This document shows, one piece after another, positions 1 through 8,287 of a stretch of 41,343 nt of DNA. The stretch is from NCBI GenBank assembly GCA_038259855.1, contig JBBSOJ010000001.1, positions 1 through 41,343 of the forward strand, given 5' to 3'. The notes under the pieces are model-generated. The model saw only the letters and a program-made list of their open reading frames with translations. It was not told the origin of the DNA and made no database searches. The position numbers were made by a program, and so were the translations under genes. Position 1 is the stretch's first letter; each line of letters starts with the position of its first letter. Source of the stretch: Flavobacteriales bacterium. Its GTDB lineage: Bacteria > Bacteroidota > Bacteroidia > Flavobacteriales > Flavobacteriaceae.

Positions 1-99
1 GCTGCCGCTGGGCCCATTTTAAAATAGATTGTCTTTTAAGCAATAATATGAAGAGAAAGCCAACCTATCTTAAAACGTAAAAAAAAACTATATATTTGG

Positions 100-133
100 A
101 TTAACAAACAGTTCGAAATAGGGGAAGCTTACA
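100..133. mobile_element. Possible insertion-sequence terminal inverted repeat (IS3-like end) truncating the integrase
   Basis: Integrase homology stops abruptly after ...SNQRLNS. The minus strand then reads TGTAAGCTTCCCCTATTTCGAACTG, a 5'-TG...CCCC pattern resembling IS3-family ends. No transposase is visible in the window. Confidence 0.35.
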
Positions 134-1129
134 GCTGTTTAATCGTTGGTTTGAAAGTTCTGGCATTAATTTACCTGTAAATTTCGTTCGTGGATGGCTT
201 CTGTATTTTTCTATTATTGTTGCTGCTTTTTTAAGAATTGGTATTTTAAACGGGACACCAGTTTTATTTCTTCTTGCCATTATCCAGTTGTTGCCGTCGA
301 TTCCAATTACAATTTTTTCAGGAGTTAAATCCATGATATCTGCATAAGATATTCCACAGTAGCAGCTGAAAATAAATAAATCTCTCACGACATCCAATCT
401 TTTGATTGATAGTTCAAGGGATTCAACTTTCTGCAATTCTTGTTCTGAAAGAAATTCTCGCTCTGTTTTCTCTAATTTCAGTTTGAATTTTAAGAAAGGA
501 TTACTCTCAATCCAATCTATATCATGAGCAAGGCGTATCATCTTTTTCAGGCGCTGAATATGTTTCATGACAGCATTATTCCCAATATTTCCTTGATAGT
601 GTTTGGGCTCGTATGACCTCAAAAAATTCTCAAATCCTAAAACAAATGCATAATTCAAGTTTTGAAGTTGGATATCTGATAGGTTATATTCCTCAAATAT
701 AAATTCTAGGATGTATTTCTGCGAAGTTTTATAATGGCATAAAGTTTTTGCACACAGTTTATGAACCATTTTATCATTGTGATATTCAAAAACATCTTTT
801 ATGGTATGTATTTTAACATCCTCTCCCAAAAATCTTGCTTTAATCAATTGTGGAGTGATGAAACGATTTTCATTCTGTAAATCTCTATAGCAATTTACCA
901 AAGTGGAGCGTGTTTCATCAAGAAATTGGTTAATATTACGAGCCAGATTTCCATTTCCTTGGCATCGTTAGAATTTAGCGTTCCAAGAATCAATGTCTAT
1001 TTTTTCTTTTAAACTAATATTAACACGTTTCCCATTAAGGGTGAGTCGAGCGTAAATTTTAGCTTTGTTATCAACCGCTCTTGAAGAATAAATCCAAAAT
1101 AAAATTGCAAATGTAGATGAAGTACGCAT
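101..1129 (-). pseudogene. Bacteroidota-type tyrosine integrase pseudogene (arm-binding, SAM-like and partial catalytic domains)
   Basis: The frame starts at ATG 1129 (MRTSSTFAILFWIY...IYARLTLNGKRVNISLK), has an in-frame TAA at 970-968, and continues in frame into the 266-aa ORF (EREFLSEQEL, RDLFIFSCYCG, RNKTG, SNQRLN). The C-terminal HxxR, H/W and Tyr catalytic segment is missing. Confidence 0.9.
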
Positions 1130-1227
1130 AGTTGTCGTCTTAATTGTTGAACAATAATTGAGACGAAAGTCAAATCAACTAAATACTTATGATTATAAAG
1201 ATAATCCTTTTTTCTAACCGTGATCAA

Positions 1228-1269
1228 TGTGACCGATTAAAAAAAAGTGTTACCGATTTGTGACCTTTT
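1228..1269. repeat. Putative integrase arm-type sites, left of the att core
   Basis: Three 11-bp direct repeats: TGTGACCGATT (1228), TGTTACCGATT (1248), TGTGACCTTTT (1259). Confidence 0.55.
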
Positions 1270-1285
1270 TAAATAAATCCTAATA

Positions 1286-1391
1286 GTGTCAAATGAATCC
1301 TTCTAAAAGCAAAAACCTCACTAATCATATAATTAGCAAGGTTTTGTACCTATTTGATGTTTCCATCTGTGACCCGACTGGGGTTTGAACC
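1286..1391. repeat. Direct repeat copy 1: tRNA-Lys 3' fragment (1370-1391) plus 84 bp of downstream sequence; att junction
   Basis: Matches 34816-34921 at 100/106 positions. It includes an exact 67-bp block (1286-1352) and an exact 17-bp block CTGTGACCCGACTGGGG (1367-1383). Confidence 0.95.
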
Positions 1392-1442
1392 TATGGTCTG
1401 GTTCGCAGTCACAGCAAGGGTTATGCTAATTTTCACAATCTA

Positions 1443-1464
1443 TGTTGACGATTTGTGAACTTTT
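1443..1464. repeat. Putative integrase arm-type site pair, right of the att core
   Basis: TGTTGACGATTTGTGAACTTTT matches 1248-1269 (TGTTACCGATTTGTGACCTTTT) at 19/22 positions, in the same orientation. Confidence 0.55.
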
Positions 1465-1665
1465 ATGATTACGTATGTCAAAGTAACTTTCGTTATTATA
1501 AATATAGTAATAAGTAAATTGAAAGTATATAAAAAATTTAGAATTTGCGAAACCACGTCATAGAGCTGTGCTTTCTTTTAGTTTTATATGAAAGGCTGAT
1601 AAATTATGTATTAAAAAATTCCAGTAGATCTCAATAATTTTTTGAGCTATATTTTTATTTAATAG

Positions 1666-2826
1666 TTGCAGCTTAAAAATACAATGCTTTGTAATTTTCA
1701 AAATTGTAATTTTTTAAATTTACATTTTTTGGAAAATAAAGCTATCAAGGATATTATTAATAGTTATTCGTGGCTTAAAGCAAACGAATATGCAACCAGT
1801 GATGAATCATATCCAATTGATTACATGCAGAAATTGCAAAGTTCTGATTTGATGCTTCTCAATGTGCCTCAAAGATATGGCGGCATCAGTCCAAACTCGG
1901 GAAATGATAATGTACGTATTTTAAATGTTCTGAAACTAATTGGAGAACGAGATCTATCGGTCGGACGCATATTTGAAGGTCACATCAACGCCATGATACT
2001 GATTCATAAATATGCGACTGAAAACCAAAAGAAAATATATTTCTCGGAAGCAAAACATGGCATGTTATTCGGTATTTGGAATTCAGAACATCCGTCGGAA
2101 CCATTAGAGATATTTGAATCAAACCATTCTAACATTTTAAAAGGCGCTAAAGTGTTTTGTTCTGGTGCTAATAATGTTTTTCGTCCCATCGTAACAGCAC
2201 AAGGACGCGATGGCCAACAGATGGTTATTTTACATTTAGATGAATACCATTTAGAAGAGGACTATACGTATTGGCAACCTATGGGAATGATATCTTCTGT
2301 CAGTTGTCGCTTTGATTTTACTGACGTTCAAGTTTCTGATGAACAATTTTTAGGATATCCATACAGTTATTATGGTGAACCTGATTTTTCCGGTGGTTCG
2401 TTACGGTTTGCTGCTGTGCAATTAGGCGGGGCTTCTGCCTGCATTAAGGCAACAGTCAGTCATTTAAAGAGATTAAATAGAACTGATGATGTTCATCAAA
2501 ATAGGCGAATGGCCAAGATTGCAGTTTTGCAAAAAACTGGCGAACTTTGGCTTGGAGCTGCTGGAAAAGCGTATGATAATAGATATGAAAAACCGGACGA
2601 ATGTCTCTATATCGCAAATATGTTCCGCACCGTTGTAAGCGATTTATGCGAAAAAGTCCTTTCGCTGTGTGAAAAATCAATAGGACTGCAAGGATTTTTA
2701 AAACCACATCCGTTACAACGAATTCACAGAGATTTATCTGTTTATTTAAAACAACCAGCTCCGGATAAAACACTTTCTGAAGTAGGTAAATATTTTATTA
2801 AAGAACATGCTACCGATGAAGAATAG
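1666..2826 (+). CDS. Acyl-CoA dehydrogenase-fold flavoprotein (true start possibly TTG at 1729)
   Basis: Motifs SVGRIFEGHINA, GAKVFCSGA, WQPMGM, RFAAVQLGG and RDLSVYLKQPAPD are typical of the ACAD-like proteins found next to PIG-L genes. Confidence 0.85.
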   Translation: MQLKNTMLCNFQNCNFLNLHFLENKAIKDIINSYSWLKANEYATSDESYPIDYMQKLQSSDLMLLNVPQRYGGISPNSGNDNVRILNVLKLIGERDLSVGRIFEGHINAMILIHKYATENQKKIYFSEAKHGMLFGIWNSEHPSEPLEIFESNHSNILKGAKVFCSGANNVFRPIVTAQGRDGQQMVILHLDEYHLEEDYTYWQPMGMISSVSCRFDFTDVQVSDEQFLGYPYSYYGEPDFSGGSLRFAAVQLGGASACIKATVSHLKRLNRTDDVHQNRRMAKIAVLQKTGELWLGAAGKAYDNRYEKPDECLYIANMFRTVVSDLCEKVLSLCEKSIGLQGFLKPHPLQRIHRDLSVYLKQPAPDKTLSEVGKYFIKEHATDEE

Positions 2827-4150
2827 AATTACGGAATGGGATATGCAACAACTTCCATTTATGAATGTGGATAGGATTGCCGAAGATATAGCTAGCTTGT
2901 TGGTTCTCTCACCTCATCCCGATGATGAAACTTTGGGCTGTGGCGGTTTAATAGCTATGTTGCGAAATGCGAACGTAAAGGTTTCTGTAGTGTTTATCAC
3001 AGATGGTTCTGCATCACATACATCGAAAACGCATCCATCAAATCAATTGGCATTACTAAGAGAAAAGGAGGCAAGGGCAGCTTGCGATATGCTGAATGTG
3101 TCCACGGAAAACGTCTATTTTTTAAGATGTCAGGATTCCCAATTACAACTATTAAGTTCAGAAGATTTAGAAAAAAAAGCGAAACTGATTTCCGAATTGG
3201 TAGGCATCGAGAACTATAAAACCATTGCAGTGCCTTGGCGGAAAGACCCACATCCTGACCACATTGTAACCACTCAAATTGGAAACATTGTAATCAAAAA
3301 CCATAACCCAACTTTGACAAAATTGGAATATCCTATTTGGCTCTGGAAAAATGGTAAAGAAAGCGATTGGCCATTTCAAAATGAAGTCACAGCATTTCGA
3401 TTGGATATTACACCTTATGTAGCACAAAAAAAATCTGCTATGGAACAACATCAATCTCAATTGGGCATGATAGTGTTGGATGACGCCAATGGATTTGTGA
3501 TGACCGAAGAATTGTTAAAACCATTTTATGGAACTCATGAATATTTCTTCGTAGAAAAAACCCAAAAAATCGATACCCTATCCGATGCTTATTTTGATAC
3601 GTTATATGAGAAACAGAGTGACCCATGGAATTTCAGAAATAGTGATTACGAGAGAGCAAAATATCAAAAGTCCATAGCGGCATTAGGAAGAAAGGATTTT
3701 GAAAATGGTTTAGAGTTGGGTTGTTCTGTAGGTGTTCAGACAAAATTACTCGCTGAACTATGTGAGAGTTTAGTCGCTGCAGATATCAGTGACATTGCTG
3801 TTCAAGAAGCCAAATTGACATGTACGGACTATTCAAATATTGAATTTAGAGTCCAGGATGTTTCGAAAAAATTTCCGGATGGGATTTTTGATTTGATTAC
3901 GCTTTGTGAAATTGGTTATTATTTTTCAAAACCAGCTCTCCTGAATGTTTTTAAGAACATTGACGCTGCAATGAAACCAAATGGAAGACTGCTTTTAGTC
4001 CATTGGACTGGATTTGTACCGGATTATCCATTAACAGGCGATGAAGTACATCAAGCCTTTGAGGATTATAATTCGGAAGCAGACAATTTTGAAGTACTTA
4101 TGAGTGAAAAATATGAAAAGTTTCGGATGGACGTCTGTAGAAAACTTTAA
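2807..4150 (+). CDS. Fused PIG-L/LmbE family deacetylase and NodS-like class I SAM methyltransferase
   Basis: N-terminal PHPDDETLGCGG and HPDH metal-binding motifs. C-terminal DPWNF...YERAKY, LELGCSVG and LLVHW motifs. Overlaps the upstream gene by 20 nt. Confidence 0.9.
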   Translation: MLPMKNRITEWDMQQLPFMNVDRIAEDIASLLVLSPHPDDETLGCGGLIAMLRNANVKVSVVFITDGSASHTSKTHPSNQLALLREKEARAACDMLNVSTENVYFLRCQDSQLQLLSSEDLEKKAKLISELVGIENYKTIAVPWRKDPHPDHIVTTQIGNIVIKNHNPTLTKLEYPIWLWKNGKESDWPFQNEVTAFRLDITPYVAQKKSAMEQHQSQLGMIVLDDANGFVMTEELLKPFYGTHEYFFVEKTQKIDTLSDAYFDTLYEKQSDPWNFRNSDYERAKYQKSIAALGRKDFENGLELGCSVGVQTKLLAELCESLVAADISDIAVQEAKLTCTDYSNIEFRVQDVSKKFPDGIFDLITLCEIGYYFSKPALLNVFKNIDAAMKPNGRLLLVHWTGFVPDYPLTGDEVHQAFEDYNSEADNFEVLMSEKYEKFRMDVCRKL

Positions 4151-5320
4151 TCATACGCTATTGACGACCGATGTATTCACTAGGTAAGTCTGCAATTCTT
4201 TTTGAGCTTTGAAAATAGATACTTTTGGATATTTTTTAGTCCATTTGTCATTCTGCTCTAAACTTTTGATAATTTTATGTTTGACCGCTATTTCCGAAAA
4301 ATTGAGCTGAATAATGGTATCAATTTCGTGGTTTAGACCGGTTTTAACTTTTAATTCATTCAGCGAAGATGGAGTTTTATGATTATAATAAGCCTTTACA
4401 AGCAATTCAATATCCAATCGTGCTAAAATTCCTTGTAAACTGTCAACTTCAAATGAAATAATTTCTTCTGTTTCAAATTTTTCAAGTTCTTTTCCAAATC
4501 CCCAAGGTGTTCGTGTATCTTTTCGACTGGAGGTTTTTACTCTCGTACAGGGACAATGTCTTAATGGGAATCCATTGAATAAGACCTCGTCATACAAAGC
4601 GACATCTTCACAAAAACCAATCGGTTTAATGCCTCCAATATCTGTGTAAGTTTGTCCTCGTATCGCGAGATTAGGTCCGGAATTATCAAAATGTTTTGGA
4701 TATGGATTCTTTTCATCTGGTAGAAGTAAATTTTCAATTCGACGAACAGTATCAAAATAGTTCTGTTTCAGCTTCAAAAATCTTTCCATTTTGGAACTCA
4801 ATCCGGAGGTGTCAATCTCAATTTTACCGCAAATCATGCCGTAGTCACTATCAATATAGCTCATTATATTTGCTAACCAGTAAGTATCAACAATTGTGTC
4901 GGCATCTGTCATGGCAATAAATCCTTGATTATTAGCAAGTCTTTCTGAAGCGATATTCATCAGGATGCGACGAACGGCGCCAACATTGTTAACCTTGCGA
5001 TTTGAGGTCGATACTACTATAAGATTACAATCCTTATTTTCCTTTTGAAAATCCTTACAGATTTTAAAAGTACCATCACTGCAATTGTGGCACATGACTA
5101 GGACTTCAAAATCGGATTTTGGTAATGCTTTATGGCCTATGGTTGTCTGATTAAATACCGCATCCAGACAATTTAGAATTGATGCTTCTTCATTGTGCGC
5201 GGGAATGGTAACTATCACTTTTGTTGAAGTATGAGACGCATCCATTCGCTTTAAAAATGATGAAGACATTTTATCCAACGTTGCTTTGTCAGTTATTTCA
5301 TAATAGCTAATGTTATCCAT
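4151..5320 (-). CDS. Glycosyltransferase family 2
   Basis: VTIPAHNEE, HNCSDGT, VGAVRR, TDADT, GPNLAI and EDV motifs. Confidence 0.9.
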   Translation of the reverse strand: MDNISYYEITDKATLDKMSSSFLKRMDASHTSTKVIVTIPAHNEEASILNCLDAVFNQTTIGHKALPKSDFEVLVMCHNCSDGTFKICKDFQKENKDCNLIVVSTSNRKVNNVGAVRRILMNIASERLANNQGFIAMTDADTIVDTYWLANIMSYIDSDYGMICGKIEIDTSGLSSKMERFLKLKQNYFDTVRRIENLLLPDEKNPYPKHFDNSGPNLAIRGQTYTDIGGIKPIGFCEDVALYDEVLFNGFPLRHCPCTRVKTSSRKDTRTPWGFGKELEKFETEEIISFEVDSLQGILARLDIELLVKAYYNHKTPSSLNELKVKTGLNHEIDTIIQLNFSEIAVKHKIIKSLEQNDKWTKKYPKVSIFKAQKELQTYLVNTSVVNSV

Positions 5321-5354
5321 GTCAAATCAGTTGAGGTATGTTGAAAAAACACCA

Positions 5355-6215
5355 CTAGGCATATGGTTCGTCATGGATGATGGCGTTTTCCAGCTGTAAA
5401 TCGGATGGCTTCTTTTGAATTTTGATAGGAGTCGTTTGTTGAGGTTCCCATTGAATAAAACCTAGGTCATTAAACTTTTGAAGATGGTAAGACATTGGCC
5501 ATACATTCCATTTAGAGTAAAATAAATTTGAGTTATCAACTATGGCCTCCATCGAATTTAAAGGCGGCCGCATAAAGGCATGCTGTTGATGATAGACATT
5601 AGTGTCCGTGAGAAAAAATGGAATTTTTAGGTCTCTGCATTTGAATGCGAAGTCCGTGTCTTCAGCACCATAACCATTGTAATCTTCATCAAATCCTCCA
5701 ATTTCAAAAAATAAATTGGCATTCATATAAAAGCACAAACTCCAAAACTGACCATAATCATCTATTTGGAAGGTTTTAGTATATATGGGTCGAATAGGAT
5801 GTTCTAATGCATCTTTTAATACATCAAAACCTTTCATGTTTACCATATTTATAAGGTATAAGGGCCGCGCCATATACAAGGCTTTGTCGCTCAAAGAGTC
5901 ATTTTTAATTTTACAAAAATAGTCTTCGGACGGAATGCAATCCACGTCCAAAAATGCTAAAATTTCAAATGTGGCCTGTTGTGCGCCATAATTTCGTGCT
6001 CGTCCCAATGGCAACTTATCGGCTTCAAAGTCTGACAAAACACAATGTTTTATGTTAATGTCAAATTCCGGTAAGGACGATTTTGAATTCGCCATTTCCA
6101 CTAAAATCAATTCATCGGGAAGCGTAGTTCCCATCTCAATTCCTTTTAAGACATTCTTTAAATGGCCCAATCTTCCAGAAAATATGATGATGGCTGATAT
6201 TCTGTTCTGATTCAT
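5355..6215 (-). CDS. Glycosyltransferase family 2 / galactosyltransferase-related protein
   Basis: LGRARNYG, FLDVDCIP, FWSLCF, GGFDEDYNGYGAEDTDF and YHQQH motifs. Confidence 0.9.
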   Translation of the reverse strand: MNQNRISAIIIFSGRLGHLKNVLKGIEMGTTLPDELILVEMANSKSSLPEFDINIKHCVLSDFEADKLPLGRARNYGAQQATFEILAFLDVDCIPSEDYFCKIKNDSLSDKALYMARPLYLINMVNMKGFDVLKDALEHPIRPIYTKTFQIDDYGQFWSLCFYMNANLFFEIGGFDEDYNGYGAEDTDFAFKCRDLKIPFFLTDTNVYHQQHAFMRPPLNSMEAIVDNSNLFYSKWNVWPMSYHLQKFNDLGFIQWEPQQTTPIKIQKKPSDLQLENAIIHDEPYA

Positions 6216-7228
6216 AAAAATGGTGTTAATTTATCAACTGTCTTGAAATCAGACATTTTACCGAATAGACTCTCTAAATTTGGATGGTCTGGTAGTTCAA
6301 TAAGCTCTTGAACCGATGTTTTTATATCTTTTGAGTTCAGCTCTACTGCTAATTTCTCTTGAATCAAGCCATTCAGAACGTATTGTTGTTCCATATAAGC
6401 TCTATCTTCTACAAAGGCAATAAATTTGTGCTTTAATGATAAAATTTCAGCAGTTAGATTTAGTCCACATGATCCAATCACCATATCATTTTCAATGATA
6501 AGTTTTTTGATGGACGGTGTAAAAGTTAAGATTTTTAGATTCTTTAATGACTTTAGATTTCTTATATCTCCGACAAGCGTAAATTCACTTTTAGGCATTT
6601 GATTGCATAATGATTTCACCAATTGTGAATCTATTTGTGTTCCACCTTTTCCAATCAGAATTAAAATAGAGTAGGCTTTATCATCGTTTTTATCAAGTTT
6701 AAGAATCTTCTTTTTGAATTTGTAACGTGAGATAAAACCTAAATAGTATGTTTTATTAAGTAATGACAGATTTTTTGAATTTTCAAATACCTTCGGATAA
6801 TAGGCAAATAGAAATTCTGAAGCATCATAAGCCATTTGATGTGGAAGGTCTTCTCTATTGCCTAGCATTTTATGATAAGCATATGGGATTCCAGCTATTC
6901 TAAATTGGATAGCTGTCTCTACACTCACATCAATAATTGCAAAACGCACGTCTTCGGAGATACAACATTCCAATAACTGAAAATTTCGATGCAAAATATT
7001 CCCTACCGATTTCGGGAGATAGTGCGCATACTTTGGTAGATTTTCAGAAGTCTCAAGGTATAAAGTGTAATTTGTGTCCTCGTTACAAGTTCTTACAACT
7101 TCAATATTTTTATCAAAATTATAATCAGAAGCTGTAATTACGATGGTTTTTTTTGGAAAAGACTTAAAAAACTCTTGTGCAGAATTGCAATGACCATAGC
7201 CTTGCTGATGTGCATAGTATGCAATCAT
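6212..7228 (-). CDS. GT-B fold glycosyltransferase (GT28-like)
   Basis: N-terminal IAYYAHQQGYGH, IDVSVE, LIGKGG and ERxxxEQ-like motifs. ATGA-type overlaps with both neighbours. Confidence 0.75.
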   Translation of the reverse strand: MIAYYAHQQGYGHCNSAQEFFKSFPKKTIVITASDYNFDKNIEVVRTCNEDTNYTLYLETSENLPKYAHYLPKSVGNILHRNFQLLECCISEDVRFAIIDVSVETAIQFRIAGIPYAYHKMLGNREDLPHQMAYDASEFLFAYYPKVFENSKNLSLLNKTYYLGFISRYKFKKKILKLDKNDDKAYSILILIGKGGTQIDSQLVKSLCNQMPKSEFTLVGDIRNLKSLKNLKILTFTPSIKKLIIENDMVIGSCGLNLTAEILSLKHKFIAFVEDRAYMEQQYVLNGLIQEKLAVELNSKDIKTSVQELIELPDHPNLESLFGKMSDFKTVDKLTPFL

Positions 7229-8283
7229 GACACTAATAGTTTAGTACTGACGAGTTCTTGATATATGGATTCGTAAGTATTAACCATCGTGTGATGCGAG
7301 CAAAATTCTTCTGCTCTTTTGCGACACATATTGAGGTCAATTTTTTCTATATTTTTTAGGGCTTTCTCAAATGTTTCAGAACTTTCAAGGTTAAAAAGTA
7401 TGCCGCAATCTTCTGTTAGGATTTCACTTGCCGCCCCAATGTTATTCGCTATGACAGGCGTTCCAGTAGCCAAGGCTTCAGCAATGACCAATCCATAGGG
7501 TTCTGCCCATGTGCTGGTAAACAAAAACGCTTTTGAATGAGAAATTAAATCGTTAACCTCATTCTGTTTTAAATGACCTACATATTCACATTCATCATAA
7601 ATTTTAAGTCGCTGGACAATATGCAAGTCATAATAATCTTGATTCGCAATCGGGCCCGCAATCTTTATCTGAACTTTATATTCATGACACAAATCCATTA
7701 TTTCCCGAAGTCCTTTCTCTTCGCAGATACGACCACACCATGAAAAATATGTTTTTTTAGATACTGACATATCCCATGATTTCAAATTTATACCATTGTA
7801 GACGACAGATACATTCTTCAAAAAAACTCTATAAACGTCTGCTAAACTACTGCTTACTGCAGTGAATATTTGATTTGGATGGTTTGCAACAGCTCTTATC
7901 GCGACGTTCAGATTGTCGAAAACAGGTGTATGGAACGATGTGATAAACGGTGTATCAATGAGACTACCTGCTGCAATAGGATGATGGTTTAAGGAATTAT
8001 TGTGAATAATATCAAATTCCTCCCTTAAAAACTCTCCAAGAGACTTATAGAAATTACCGAAACGGTCAAGTGGTAATAATAAATTTTCATTATCCATACC
8101 TTGAAATTCTGAATCATAGTAAACCATTTTTCCTTTTAAATCAGAACCCATATTGCACAGCGTTGTTACTTCATGACCACGCTTCACTAATTCATTAACA
8201 AGAAGGAAGGTCAACATTTCCAAACCTCCCTGAAAAGGCTCTGCAATAGGATGGGCGTCATGGGCAATAATTCCAATTTTCAT
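7225..8283 (-). CDS. Glycosyltransferase family 4 (start corrected to MKIGIIAH at 8283)
   Basis: PIAEPFQGGLE, HNNSL, VYNGI, GRICEEKG and WAEPYGLVIAEALATGTPV (EX7E) motifs. Confidence 0.92.
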   Translation of the reverse strand: MKIGIIAHDAHPIAEPFQGGLEMLTFLLVNELVKRGHEVTTLCNMGSDLKGKMVYYDSEFQGMDNENLLLPLDRFGNFYKSLGEFLREEFDIIHNNSLNHHPIAAGSLIDTPFITSFHTPVFDNLNVAIRAVANHPNQIFTAVSSSLADVYRVFLKNVSVVYNGINLKSWDMSVSKKTYFSWCGRICEEKGLREIMDLCHEYKVQIKIAGPIANQDYYDLHIVQRLKIYDECEYVGHLKQNEVNDLISHSKAFLFTSTWAEPYGLVIAEALATGTPVIANNIGAASEILTEDCGILFNLESSETFEKALKNIEKIDLNMCRKRAEEFCSHHTMVNTYESIYQELVSTKLLVS

Positions 8284-8287
8284 GTGG

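Noticed and set aside
1009-1227. 72-aa ORF upstream of the integrase
   Set aside because: It is an off-frame overlap of the real integrase N-terminus, which starts at 1129, and has no protein-like features.
1370-1391. Possible second tRNA gene
   Set aside because: Only the T-arm 3' side and acceptor strand are present; it is the att duplication.
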